Shown here piece by piece: positions 31,963 to 43,985 of a stretch of DNA of 64,000 bases (position 1 is the stretch's first letter; every line of letters begins with the position of its first letter). The DNA is taken from NCBI GenBank assembly GCA_963704165.1, contig CAVPHD010000011.1, positions 128,001-192,000 on the forward strand, given 5' to 3'. The position numbers and the translations under genes were made by a program. Origin of the DNA: an uncultured delta proteobacterium. GTDB lineage: Bacteria > Myxococcota_A > UBA9160 > SZUA-336. The notes below the pieces were generated by a model. It worked only from the letters and a program-made list of their open reading frames with translations. It searched no databases and was not told the DNA's origin.

Positions 31963-33067
31963 CGCGCAGCTCCGCCAGCCGAACCACTCGCGTCCGTGGC
32001 TCCGGATGCTCCGCGGCGTTGACCCAGCGCCAGCACATGGTGCCCTGCTCGTGGCCGCAGGTGTCGAGCCAGTTCTCGACGCCCGGGTCCTCGTGCGGCG
32101 ACGACGACGCGAACGGATCCATCCGTCCGGAGCCGGGCGCTGTGGGAGTTCAGGTGAATTCGGAAGTACCGGTAGTCCAGTGACTCGAGCCAGTGATTGG
32201 CGAGCTGGAAGTTCCAGTAGTCGCACTTCGGCGGAGTGACCTCGATGACCAGCGCCTGGTCCGGCTCGAGCTTCCAGTAGCTGTGGTAGTAGGCGATGTT
32301 CGGGTCGCCGCCGGCGATGCGCGCTGCGTCGGGATCGAATCGCGGCAGCCGATTCACGTGCTTCTGGAAGCCTGCCGCCCAGCCCGCGAAGAGCTTCGAG
32401 CAACCGCGCACGAACGCCGCGGAGCCGGCGAGTGCGCGGTCGATCTGCGCCGGGTCGAAGGCCCGGGGCCGGTGCGGACCGTCGATGCGTTCGATCTCGA
32501 TCGAGGCGGGGATCTCGCGCGCGTGGTCGAGGCGGGTCTGGCGGACGATCAGCATCCGGCTCTCGGGCTCCATGCGAAGCCAGTTCCCGGGCTGCTGGAT
32601 CTGCACTGACGACGAATCTCGAAGCGGCCGTCGGCGCCGATCTCGAGATCGCGACCTTCGAGGTAACCCGTCGTCTGCAGCGTGCCGGTCGAGCCGTAGC
32701 CGCCCTTCTGCGTGCCGAAGCCGAGGTAGTGCACGGTGCCGCGGCTGCCGTGGATGCGATAGCGGAAGCGGCCGTGGATCGGCGCGCTCTGGTAGATGTT
32801 GTCCGGGTTGTCGAGACCCATCTTGATGGTCTCGTGGGCGGTGCGGCGAAGCTCGGGCGCCTGCGGATCGGAGGCCTCGATCAGCGTCTCGAACGCCGCG
32901 CGCGTGAGCCGCGTCAGGTACCGCCAGCCCTCGGCGCGCGTCAGCGGGTCGGCGGGGGTGGCCTCGTCGAGGACGACCGAGCCGGCGGCCTTCAGCGCGT
33001 CGCAGAACTCACTCCACGCTCCGGCCGTCGACGATCCGCTGGCTTGCAGCATCCAGGCTTCACTCAT
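31959..33067 (-). CDS. DUF1214-type protein (frameshifts near 32600 and 32085)
   Basis: RAEGWRYLTRL, KMGLDNPDNIY, YWNFQLANHWLESLDY. This family is typically paired with sulfotransferases. Confidence 0.7.
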
Positions 33068-33191
33068 GTGCGGTCACGCTCCCTCGATCGACAGCCTACC
33101 GCAGCTTCGCCGGCTTCTGCTCCGGTTTTGCGGAGCTTCGCGATTCGCGCGAAGCTCGCGAGTGTTTCATCGCGAGAGCGAATCCGACGCC

Positions 33192-35566
33192 GTGAAGCCC
33201 TTCGACGACTGCGCATCCTGGAAATCGCGGGTTCCGCGGCCGGCGCCTTCGCGGCAAAGCTCTTCTCCGACTATGGCGCGAACGTGACCCGTCTCGAGCC
33301 GCCCGCGCCCGAAACCGCGAGGGCGGAAGACGGCGGCGATCCGGAGATCGGTTCGCTCTTTGCGTATCTCGACACGGGAAAGCGTTCGCGCGTGCTCGAC
33401 GTCTCGTCGCCGGACGGACGCGCCGAGCTCGGCGACGCGCTCGACCACGCCGACGTCGTGATCGAGAGCTCGGCGCCCGGTCCGCTGCAGCCGGTGTCGG
33501 ACGCGGTCGCACGCGCCCGCGTCTGATCCGCGTGCGCATCTCGCCGTTCGGATCGAGCGGTCCCTACACGCGGTACCGATCCAACGAGTTCACCGACGAC
33601 GCGATCGCGGGTCACATGCTCCTGAACGGAGAGCGCGAGCGCGAACCGCTCGCCCGCCCCGGGCGCATCCCCCTCTATCAGGCCGGCGCACACGCGTTCG
33701 TCGGCGCGATGGCCGCGATCCGCGCGCGCGACGCGCACCTCGCGCGGACAGATCGTCTGGGTGAGTCACTTCGAAGCTCTGGCCAGCATGCACTCGCACG
33801 CCGTCGCGATGTGGACGCACGCGCGGCACGTGCTCGAGCGCGCGGGAACTCGGCAGCCCGGCCACGCTCATCCGGTCGGCATTTATCCGTGCAAGGACGG
33901 GCTACGTGCAGCTGAGCCTCCCCGATTCGCAGATGCGCGATCGCCTTCTCGCGGTCGCGGATCTTCCGGAGCTCCTCGCTCGACCCGCGCTTCGAGAGCG
34001 ATCTCGCGATCGCGCTGAACAAGGACGCCTTCGACGACGCGCTGCGTCCCTGGCTGATGTCGCACGGCGAAGACGAGATCGTCCGGCTCGTGCAAGCGGC
34101 GGGAGGCGCGTGCGGACCGGTGGCCTCGGCGCTGCACGTGCTCGCCGATCCCCACCTGCACGCGCGCGATTTCTGGCGCAGCTCGGAAACCGCGCCGACG
34201 CTCCGGCAGCCGCGCGGACCGTTCGTGCTGAGCGGACGCGAGAGCGAAACGCGTGCCGCGCCCGCGCACGGCGCAGCTCCGGGCCGCTGCATGCGACCGG
34301 TCCGCTCCACGGACTCCGCGTGCTGGACCTCTCGCGAGTCTGGGCGGGACCCCTCGCCGCCCGCATCCTGGGTGACCTCGGGCGCCGACGTCATCGGCGT
34401 CGAGTCTCCCGTCCAACCGCGGCACGGAGCCGGTCTCCGCGAAACTGGCCGAGATCGCGCACCTCTTCCCCGACGACGAACCCGGAGAGCGACCGTGGAA
34501 TCGCTACGGCGCGTTCAACGATCTCGCGCGCAATCGGCGCGGGGTCACGCTGGATCTGCGGCTTCCCGCGGCGAAGCGCGTCTTCGAGGCGCTGGTGAGA
34601 CAGGCCGACGTCGTGATCGAGAACTTCACGCCGCGCGTGATGCCGAAGCTCGGTCTCGGCTTCGATCGACTGTCGCGAGCTCAATCCGGCGGATCGTCCT
34701 CGTTTCGATCTCGGGCTACGGCGCGACCGGACCCCATCGCGACCGGGCGGCGTTCGGCCCGACCATCGAGGCGGGCACGGGCTCTCGCACGCGATGGGAT
34801 ACGACGGACTCGGGACCGTACGGATCCGGCGTCGCGTGGCCCGATCCGGTGTCGGCGCTGTTCGCGGTCGCGGGCGCACTGATCGCGCTTCACGACCGCG
34901 ACACGATCCCGGAACGGCACGGCCAGCACGTCGATCTCTCGATGCAAGAGGCCAGCCTGTGCGTGATCGGCGAACTGCTGCTCGAGGCCCAGCTTCGCGA
35001 AACGAGCCCCCCGCGCGTGGGAAACCGCAGCTCGCGACGCGCGCCGCAAGGCGTGCTACCCGTGCGCGGGGCGGGATCGCTGGATCGCCATCAGCGTGGA
35101 CTCCGACGAGGCGTGGCGAGCGCTCTGCAGCATCGCCGGACTCGGCGGCGGACTCGCCGGTCTCGACGTGGTCGAGCGCCGCGACCGCCACGACGAGATC
35201 GACGCGGCGATCTCCGCGTGGACCCGCGGCTCCGATCCGCTCGATCTCATGCACCGGCCTCCAGCGCGCGGGCGTGATCGCCGCTGCACTGAGTGACGCG
35301 CGCATGCTCTGCTCGGATCCGCATCTCGAAGTCGCGCGGGTTCTTCGTCGAGCTCGATCATCCCGAGACGGGGCGCCGGCGCTCACCCGGCTGCGCGATT
35401 CACCTGAGCGAGACGCCGGCCAGCGTACCGACGACCGGCGCCGTGCCTGGGGCAACACAACACCGAGGTGCTTCGCGACGTCGCGGGGCTGACGCCCACC
35501 GAGATCCGCGAGCTCGAGAGCCAGGGCATTCTGGTCGACAAGCCGCCGCGGATCAGAAGCCCTTGA
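33192..35566 (+). CDS. Fused double-domain class III (CaiB/BaiF) CoA-transferase; many frameshifts, ends approximate
   Basis: LRILEIAGSAAGAFAAKLFSDYGA, then a second module LRVLDLSRVWAGPLAARILGDLG, ADVVIENFTPRVM, AWPDPVSA. Confidence 0.75.
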
Positions 35567-36380
35567 ACTCCGGCTTGCGCTTCTCGACGAACGACGACGT
35601 CCCCTCGCGCGCATCGCGCGTCGCAGCGGTCAGCGTCGCGACGACCGCCTCGTAGTCGAGGATCTCCTCGAGGGTCGACGTGAGTGACTTGTGGATGACG
35701 CGGCGCGCGAGATCGATCGCGACGCTCGGACCGCGCGCGAGCCGCCGCGCGTACTCCATGCGGCCGGGAGCGCCTGACCTTCGGGAACCAGCTCGTCGAT
35801 GAGTCCCATCTCGAGCGACGCGCTCGGCGTCGTAGACGTCGCCCGTCGCGACCATCATCAGCGCGGTCGACACGCCGACGATGCGCGGCAGGAAGTACGT
35901 GAGGCCGCAGTCGGGACTGAAACCGAGTCGCACGAAGATGGCCGACGTGCGCGCCGTCGGGTCGGCGAACCGTCGATCGCAGGCCAGCGCATACGCCAGT
36001 CCCGCACCGACGGCGGGTCCGGCGATCGCCGCGATCACCGGCTTCTCGACGTCGACGATCATTCGCGTCACGTCGGCGAACGTGCCGGCCGGCGTCTTGC
36101 GCTGGTAGCGGGGCATGGGTTTGTCGGGACTCGAAAGCCCGGGCAGCGGTCGATCCCCCGATCCGCTCAGGAACTCCGCATCTCCGCCGGAGCAGAACGC
36201 GCGCCCCGCGCCGGTCAGCACCACCGCGCGAACTTCGTCGCGCTGACGGATCTCGCGGAAGAGCTGCGCGACGTCGCCGGCCATGTCCCAGGTGACGGCA
36301 TTCAACCGCTCGGGACGATTCAGCGTGACGATGCCGACTCCGTCGTCCAGCTCGAAGAGAACGTGATCGCTCGCTGCCAT
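35553..36380 (-). CDS. Enoyl-CoA hydratase/isomerase family protein (probable short compensated frameshift)
   Basis: TLNRPERLNA, GAGRAFCSGGD, AVGAGLAYALACD, FVEKRKPEFKG. Confidence 0.88.
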   Translation of the reverse strand: MAASDHVLFELDDGVGIVTLNRPERLNAVTWDMAGDVAQLFREIRQRDEVRAVVLTGAGRAFCSGGDAEFLSGSGDRPLPGLSSPDKPMPRYQRKTPAGTFADVTRMIVDVEKPVIAAIAGPAVGAGLAYALACDRRFADPTARTSAIFVRLGFSPDCGLTYFLPRIVGVSTALMMVATGDVYDAERVARDGTHRRAGSRRSGAPGRMEYARRLARGPSVAIDLARRVIHKSLTSTLEEILDYEAVVATLTAATRDAREGTSSFVEKRKPEFKGF

Positions 36381-36407
36381 CTTGGCCCCTGTCCGGAAGG
36401 TTTCGAA

Positions 36408-38124
36408 CTACTCGGACACGCCGGTCGCGTGCCGTGCCGCGACGTACGCAAACGTGCATGCGGGTCCCAGCGTCGCGCCCGCGCCCGGGATAGGTGCGGC
36501 CCATGACCGACGCCGAGCAATTGCCGATCGGCGTACAGACCCCGGATCGGTGCGCCCGCGCCGTCGAGCACGCGCGCGTGCGCATCGGTCACGAGTCCGC
36601 CCTTCGTCCCGAGCTCACCGGGATGCGCGACCATCGCGTAGATACGGCGGGGTCTCGATCGCACCGAGACAGGGGTTGGGGCCGACCTTGGCATCGCCGT
36701 AGTAGCGATCGTAGTCCGTCTCGCCGCGGTGGAAGTCGAGATCCTTTCCCGTCCGCGCGTACCCGTTCACCTTCTCCACCGTCGCGCGCAGGCGCCCGGG
36801 ATCGAGGCCGAGCTGGGTCGCGAGTCCCTCGATCGTGTCGGCCTTCGCGAGGTAGCCCTGCCGGAGGCGCTTCGGCAGAACCCAGTCGGGCTGCTGCGCG
36901 CCGGGAAGCAGGGGGCCGACGGGGTACTTCTTGCGGAACGTGGCGTCGAAGATCAGGTACGCGGGAACGCACGACGCGTCGGCGCTGTGCTTCTCGTACA
37001 TCGCATTCACGACGTCGGTGTAGGGAGCGGCCTCGTTCACGAAGCGTTCGCCGCTCCCGTTCACGAGTATGCTTCCCGGCAGCGACTTCTCGATCACCAG
37101 CAGGCGCGCGCGCCCCTCGCCGGGGACCCGCGTCGTCGGCGTCCACCAGGCCTCGTCCATGAGCGCGGTCGCAGCGCCGACGCCCTCCCCCATGCGCAGC
37201 GCGTCGCCCGTGTTCTCGGGATTGGCGCACGTCCAGTCGGCGGACGTCGGCTTCGGCAGGTAGCGCTCGCGCAGCCCGGGATCGTTCTCGAATCCGCCCG
37301 CGGCCATCACGACGCCCCGGCGCGCGCGAATCCGGATCGCGCGACCGTCGCGCTCCGCCACGACACCGACGACGCCTCCCGTCCTCGACGACGAGCTCGC
37401 GCGCCGGGGTCTCGAGCCAGAGGCGAATGCCGCGATCGGCCAGCGACGCCCGCAACATTCCGACCAGCGCGTTTCCCATCGCGAGATTCCGGTCGCGCTT
37501 CGATCGGAAGCGCCAGCGAAGATCGAAGGCGTAGCGGAACATCAGCTTCAGCGTCAGCCCGACCCAGCCGGGAGCGCGCGTGAGCAAGTCGCGCGCCTCG
37601 GGAATCGTCATGAAGATCCGCCCCATGATCAGCATCTGCGGGCTCTGCTCGCGCATGCGCAGGAGCTCATCGCCGAGAACCTTCGCGTTGAAGCTGGCGG
37701 GCTCGATCGATCGACCTCCTGGCTTGCTCCCGGCGACGCGCGGGTAGTAGTCCGCGTACTCGGGCAGCGCGACCATGCGAAGTCGCGTCCGCTCGCACAG
37801 GTACCGGACCATCTCCGGTCCACTGTCGAGGTACGCCCGGATGCGATCGTCCGAGACACTTCCGCGTGTCAGCTCGCGCAGATACGTCCACGCCTCGGCC
37901 GGTGTGTCGGGTACGCCGGCGGGACCCATCAGGTGGTTGTTCGGGATCCAGAATCCGCCCCCCGACATCGCGGACGAGCCGCCGTAGCGGTCGCCCTTCT
38001 CGATCAGGAGCGTCGTGCCTCCGTGATCGTGCGCGGCGAGCGCCGCGGTCATGGCGCCCGCGCCGGAGCCGACCACCAGCACATCGACCGTCTCGTCCCA
38101 GACCGGCCCGCTCGCTTCGCTCAT
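36408..38124 (-). CDS. kstD: 3-ketosteroid delta1-dehydrogenase (frameshifts near 37375, 36645, 36540 and 36485)
   Basis: VVGSGAGAM, GGSSAMSGGGFWIPNN, YADYYP, NEAAPY, LGTKGG, RTYPG-AGATLG; the KstD catalytic tyrosines are present. Confidence 0.82.
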
Positions 38125-38160
38125 GTCCACACTCCCGTCGTCGCTGCGGCGACGCCCGAC

Positions 38161-38809
38161 TCAGCTCCGCCGGCCGCGAAGCAGGTAGCGCGTGACGCCG
38201 AGCAGCTCTTCCCGGAACGCGGCGATCCGCGCGGCGCTCGGCGGCTTGCCGCGGTTCCGGCGATCCAGAAGCGGATCGCCGGTCACGAACCAGACCGTGG
38301 CCCCGGCCAGGATGCTGACGAGATGCGCCGGCGACACCTGCCGCACGACGCCGTCCCTTTGACCTTGCTCGATGCCCGCGAGCACCATCGCGTACATCGG
38401 ATCGACGAGCCGGCGGACGTCGGGGCGCAGCTCCCCCGCGGAGTCGGCCAGCTCGCGCATGAACAGGCGGGCCAGCGTCGGGCGCTCGCCCGCGTACGCG
38501 ACCCAGGCGTCGATCATCGCCTCGATGCGCGACGCATGCGAGTCGTCGCTCTCGGAGCGCCGCCTGAATCCGCTGCGAGAGCGGCTCGAACGCGGACTCG
38601 AGCACGGCCTCGTAGAGCGTCTGCTTGTCGCGGAAGTGGTAGATGACCGCGGCGCGCGTGATCCCGATGCGCTCGGCGATGTCCTCGAGCCGTGCCGTCG
38701 CGAAGCCGCGCGCGGCGAACTCCTGCTCGGCCGCCGCGAGGATCAGCTCCGGCATCCGCTCGGCGGCCGGTGCAGCTCGCCGGGAGCTCGCTCGTTGGCT
38801 GACCGCCAT
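38161..38809 (-). CDS. TetR family regulator (frameshift near 38540)
   Basis: ILAAAEQEFAARGFATARLEDIAERIGITRAAVIYHFRDKQTLY. Confidence 0.85.
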
Positions 38810-38816
38810 CTGCGGT

Positions 38817-38844
38817 ATCTTACTCAGGAGTCAGGCCGTGTCAA
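38817..38844 (-). promoter_or_regulatory. Sigma70 promoter with overlapping imperfect palindrome (probably leaderless tetR mRNA)
   Basis: Minus strand TTGACA-16 nt-TAAGAT-7 nt-ATG. Palindrome CTTACTCAGGAGTCAG at 38819-38834. Confidence 0.65.
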
Positions 38845-39260
38845 CGCGGTCGTTCGACGCTGGCGAGCATCCGATCGAACTCCCAGAACGCGCGCAGCGA
38901 GGCGATCTTCCCCAGCGCATCGACGCGATACAGGAAGACGCCCCGGGTGATGAACGTCGAGCCGTCCGCCGTCGTCGTCGTGATGCTCGCGACGTTGGCC
39001 ACCTCGTCGCCGCAGGCGAACGAATCCACCAAATCGAACTTCACGCGCACCGAGGCGATGGTCCGATCCCAGAACGCGCCGATCTCCGCCTTGCCGCGGT
39101 GGCCCCTTCCGTTCGGATCGAGCGGCGAGCGACCGACCGGGTCTTCGACGATCGCATCGTCCGCGAAGAGCGCGAGCCATTCCTGCTTCGCGTTCGGCGG
39201 ACGCGTCTCGACGATGTGTACCGACCGCTTCGACGCGGCTCTTGCGGGATGCTCGGCCAC
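38841..39260 (-). CDS. Ketosteroid isomerase-like NTF2 protein
   Basis: WLALFADDAIVEDPVGRSPLDPNGRGHRGKAEIGAFWD...SLRAFWE. Confidence 0.82.
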   Translation of the reverse strand: MAEHPARAASKRSVHIVETRPPNAKQEWLALFADDAIVEDPVGRSPLDPNGRGHRGKAEIGAFWDRTIASVRVKFDLVDSFACGDEVANVASITTTTADGSTFITRGVFLYRVDALGKIASLRAFWEFDRMLASVERPR

Positions 39261-39339
39261 TTCCTTCCCTCTTCGTCCGCTCGCAGCCTATACTACCGCG
39301 CGCGCTACAGCGCCCCCCGCCGAAGAGCAGAGAGATCCG

Positions 39340-40197
39340 ATGGCCAGGCAGGACAAGCGCATGAGCGAAGCCGACGTCGTCGCGAGGCTTCGCGACGGAA
39401 TGACCATCGGCATCGGGGGCTGGGGCTCGCGGCGCAAACCGATGTCGCTGGTTCGCGCGATCCTCTCCTCGTCCCTGCGCGACCTGACCGTCGTCTCGTA
39501 CGGCGGACCCGACGTCGGACTGCTCTGCGCTGCGGGCAAGATCAAGCGCTTGATCTACGGCTTCGTCTCGCTCGACTCGATCCCGCTCGAGCCGCACTTC
39601 CGGCGCGCGCGCGAAGAGGGGCGAATCGAGGCCGTCGAATACGACGAGGGCATGCTCCAGTGGGGCCTCTACGCGGCCGCGCTTCGCCTGCCGTTCCTGC
39701 CGACGCGCGCCGGACTCGGATCGGACGTCTTGAAGATCAACCCGGAGCTCGAGCTCGTGCGCTCACCGTATGCCGACGGTGAGCAGCTCGTGGCCATGCC
39801 GGCGATCGAGCTCGATGCGGCGCTGATCCACATGAACCGGGCCGACGCGCGCGGGAACGGTCAGTTCCTCGGTCCCGATCTCTTCTTCGACGACTTGTTC
39901 TGCATGGCGGCGAAGCAGCGCTTCATGTCGTGCGAGAAGGTCGTCCCGACCGAGGAGCTGCTTCGCGAGGGCACGTTCCACACGCTCCGCATCAACCGAA
40001 CGATGGTCGACGGCGTGATCGAGGCGCCGGGCGGCGCGCACTTCACCGAGTGTCCGCCGGACTACGAACGCGACGAGGCGTTCCAACGCGAGTACGCCGC
40101 CACGGCGCGGGATCCCGAGGCGTGGCGGAAATTCAGAGAGACCTACCTCGACCTTCCCGACGAGGCTTCGTATCAACGCGCGGTGCGGGCGCGATGA
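39340..40197 (+). CDS. ipdA: Steroid C-ring-cleaving hydrolase subunit A (CoA-transferase fold)
   Basis: GIGGWGSRRKPMSLVRAI, FVSLDSIPLEPHF, EYDEGM, LPFLPTRAGLGSDV. Confidence 0.92.
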   Translation: MARQDKRMSEADVVARLRDGMTIGIGGWGSRRKPMSLVRAILSSSLRDLTVVSYGGPDVGLLCAAGKIKRLIYGFVSLDSIPLEPHFRRAREEGRIEAVEYDEGMLQWGLYAAALRLPFLPTRAGLGSDVLKINPELELVRSPYADGEQLVAMPAIELDAALIHMNRADARGNGQFLGPDLFFDDLFCMAAKQRFMSCEKVVPTEELLREGTFHTLRINRTMVDGVIEAPGGAHFTECPPDYERDEAFQREYAATARDPEAWRKFRETYLDLPDEASYQRAVRAR

Positions 40198-40958
40198 AGG
40201 GCTTCACCCGAGCCGAGGTCTGCGCCGTCGCCATCGCCGAGACGTTCCGCGGCGACGGCGAGATCCTCGTGAGTCCGATCGGCACGCTCCCGAGCATCGG
40301 CGCGCGCCTCGCGCGGCTCTCGTTCGAGCCCGACCTGCTGCTCACCGACGGCGTCGCGATGCTGATCGCCGACACGCCGCCCGTCAGCGGCGAACGGCGC
40401 GACCCACCCGTCGTCGAGGGCTGGATGCCGTATCGCAGCGTCTTCGACACGCTCTGGGCCGGCCGCCGCCACGTGATGATGGGCGCGACGCAGGTCGATC
40501 GCTTCGGCAACCAGAACATCGCGTGCATCGGTCCCTACGAGCGACCGAAGGCGCAGCTTCTCGGCATGCGAGGCGCGCCGGGCAACACGCTCAGCCACGC
40601 GACGAGCTACTGGGTGCCCAATCACGGAACGCGGGTCTTCGTCGAGAAGGTCGATGTCGTGTCCGGCGTCGGCTACGACCGCGCGGCGACGCTCGGCGGA
40701 CACGCCAGCCGCTTTCACGAGATCCGCCGGGTCGTCTCCAATCTCGGCGTCTTCGACTTCGACACGCCGAGCCGCACGATGCGGCTCGCGTCGGTCCATC
40801 CCGGCGTTCGCGTGGCGGAGGTCGTCGAGAACACGGGCTTTCCGCTCGAGCTCGCGCGTGACGTGCCCGAGACGCGCGCGCCGACCGAAGAGGAGCTCGA
40901 GCTGATCCGCACGCGTCTCGATCCGCTCGGCGCGGGCCAGAAAGAAGTGAGCGGCTGA
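40194..40958 (+). CDS. ipdB: Steroid C-ring-cleaving hydrolase subunit B
   Basis: TRAEVCAVAIAETFRGDGEI, EGWMPYRSVFD, GRRHVMMG, GMRGAPGNT. Confidence 0.92.
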   Translation: MKGFTRAEVCAVAIAETFRGDGEILVSPIGTLPSIGARLARLSFEPDLLLTDGVAMLIADTPPVSGERRDPPVVEGWMPYRSVFDTLWAGRRHVMMGATQVDRFGNQNIACIGPYERPKAQLLGMRGAPGNTLSHATSYWVPNHGTRVFVEKVDVVSGVGYDRAATLGGHASRFHEIRRVVSNLGVFDFDTPSRTMRLASVHPGVRVAEVVENTGFPLELARDVPETRAPTEEELELIRTRLDPLGAGQKEVSG

Positions 40959-40965
40959 GGCGGAG

Positions 40966-42024
40966 ATGGCGTCGGCACTCGACACGCGGCTGTGTACGAT
41001 CCTCGGCATCCGCCACCCGATCCTGCAGACGGCGATGGGCTGGATCGCGACGCCGGAGCTCGTGGCCGCGAGCTCGAATGCCGGGGCGATGGGTTTTCTC
41101 GCGACCGCGAACCTCCGGCCGGACGAGGTCGATCTCGCGATCACGCGCGTGAAGCAGCTCACCGAGAAACCCTTCGGCGTGAACCTGCTGATGGACGCCC
41201 CCGGCGCCGAAGCGATCGCCGACGCGATGATCCGCCAGCGCGTTCGCGCGGCGAGCTACAGTCGCGCGCCGAATCCCGACTTCATCCGGCGCTTCAAGCA
41301 GGCCGGGATTCTCTGCGTTCCGACGTGCGGTGCGGCCCGCCACGCGCAGAAAGCGGCGAAGCTCGGCGCGGACGTGATCGTGATCCAGGGCGGCGAGGGC
41401 GGAGGCCATACCGGGAGCGTGCCGACGTCGATCCTGATCTCGCAGGTCGTCGACGCCGTGGATCGCCCGGTCGTCGCCGCCGGCGGCTTTCACGACGGCC
41501 GGGGGCTCGTCGCCGCGCTCGCGTTCGGCGCGGTCGGGATCGCGATGGGCACGCGCTTCCTGCTCAGCGCGGAGAGCCCCGTGCCAGCGTCGACGGCCGA
41601 GCGCTACTTTGCCGCGGGCGTCGACGACCTGATCGTCACGACGCGGATCGACGGCATGCCCCACCGCGTGATCTCGAACGAGCTGGTGCGGCGGCTCGAA
41701 GAAAGCAACCGCGTGGGCCTGCTGCTCCGCGCGCTGCGAAGTGCCCTCGCCTACCGCAAGCTCTCCGGCGCGTCGCTGCCTTCCCTGCTGCGCTCGGCCT
41801 TCGCGCTGCGCCGCAGCGAGAAGCTCACGCGCACGGAGATGCTGATGGCCGCGAACTCGCCGATCCTGATCCAGAAGGCGATGGTCGAGGGCCGGCCGGC
41901 CGAGGGGGTCCTGCCGAGTGGTACGGTGGCGGGCGTGATCGACGACCGGCCGACCTGCGCGGAGCTGATCGAGCGGATCGTCCGCGAGGCGGAAGCGACG
42001 CTCGAATCGCTCGCACCAAGATGA
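40966..42024 (+). CDS. ipdC: FMN-dependent nitronate monooxygenase-family enzyme (IpdC-like)
   Basis: ILQTAMGW, QGGEGGGHTG, AAGGFHDGRG, MGTRFLL; directly after ipdAB. Confidence 0.82.
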   Translation: MASALDTRLCTILGIRHPILQTAMGWIATPELVAASSNAGAMGFLATANLRPDEVDLAITRVKQLTEKPFGVNLLMDAPGAEAIADAMIRQRVRAASYSRAPNPDFIRRFKQAGILCVPTCGAARHAQKAAKLGADVIVIQGGEGGGHTGSVPTSILISQVVDAVDRPVVAAGGFHDGRGLVAALAFGAVGIAMGTRFLLSAESPVPASTAERYFAAGVDDLIVTTRIDGMPHRVISNELVRRLEESNRVGLLLRALRSALAYRKLSGASLPSLLRSAFALRRSEKLTRTEMLMAANSPILIQKAMVEGRPAEGVLPSGTVAGVIDDRPTCAELIERIVREAEATLESLAPR

Positions 42025-42034
42025 GGACGAGAAG

Positions 42035-42793
42035 ATGTCGTTGAAGGTCGAGATCCGAAACGGCGTGGCCGAGGTCATGCTCGACCATCCCCCCGTCAAC
42101 GCGCTCGACAGCGCGGGCTGGTCGAAGCTGGCCGAGACGCTGCACGCGATCGGGCGTGACGGCGAAGCGCGGGCCGTCGTGCTCGGCGCGAACGGGCGCG
42201 GCTTCTGCGCCGGGGTCGACATCAAGGAGCTCGCCGCCGACTCGAGCCGGATCACGAAGGTGAATCGCGCCTGCTTCGACGCGTTTGCGGCGGTGCACGA
42301 TTGCCCGGTTCCCGTGATCGCCGCCTGCCACGGGTTCGTGCTCGGCGGCGGAATCGGCCTCGTCGGCTCGTGCGACATCATCGTGGCCTCGCACGACGCG
42401 AGCTTCGGCCTGCCCGAGATCGATCGCGGCGCGCTCGGCGCCGCCTCGCACCTGATGCGGATGTTCCCGATCCAGAAGGTCCGCAAGATGCTCTTCACCG
42501 GCGAGCCGATTCCCGCAGCCGAGGCGCACCGACTCGGTGCGATCGAGGCGCTCGTGGCGAAGGAAGAGGTCCTGCCGACCGCGCGCCGGATCGCCGAATC
42601 GATCGCGTCGAAGAGTCCGAAGGCGATCCGTCTCGCCAAGGAGTGCATGAACGGGATCGAGCTGCTCGACGTGAAGACGAGCTATCGCTTCGAGCAGGGC
42701 TTCACGCTGGAGCTGTACACGTCCCCCGATTCACAGGAAGCACGCGACGCCTTCGTCGAGAAACGCGACGCGAAGTTCAAGGACACCGTCTAG
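42035..42793 (+). CDS. echA20: Enoyl-CoA hydratase EchA20-like
   Basis: HPPVNAL, GFCAGVDIKE, FGLPEIDRGALGAASHL, SYRFEQGFTLEL. Confidence 0.88.
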   Translation: MSLKVEIRNGVAEVMLDHPPVNALDSAGWSKLAETLHAIGRDGEARAVVLGANGRGFCAGVDIKELAADSSRITKVNRACFDAFAAVHDCPVPVIAACHGFVLGGGIGLVGSCDIIVASHDASFGLPEIDRGALGAASHLMRMFPIQKVRKMLFTGEPIPAAEAHRLGAIEALVAKEEVLPTARRIAESIASKSPKAIRLAKECMNGIELLDVKTSYRFEQGFTLELYTSPDSQEARDAFVEKRDAKFKDTV

Positions 42794-42810
42794 TCAGAGA
42801 GAGGTTCACG

Positions 42811-43965
<1,155 letters not shown>

Positions 43966-43985
43966 GCTGGCCGCGGGGCGATCGC

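Noticed and set aside
33125..33180. GC-rich inverted repeats (GAGCTTCGCG...CGCGAAGCTC) between divergent genes
   Set aside because: Such repeats arise easily at this GC content, and there is no U-tract or recognisable RNA motif.
23075..38809. Programmed frameshifting or mass pseudogenisation
   Set aside because: The indels are scattered, lack evident slippery sites and leave the motifs intact, so sequencing error is more parsimonious.
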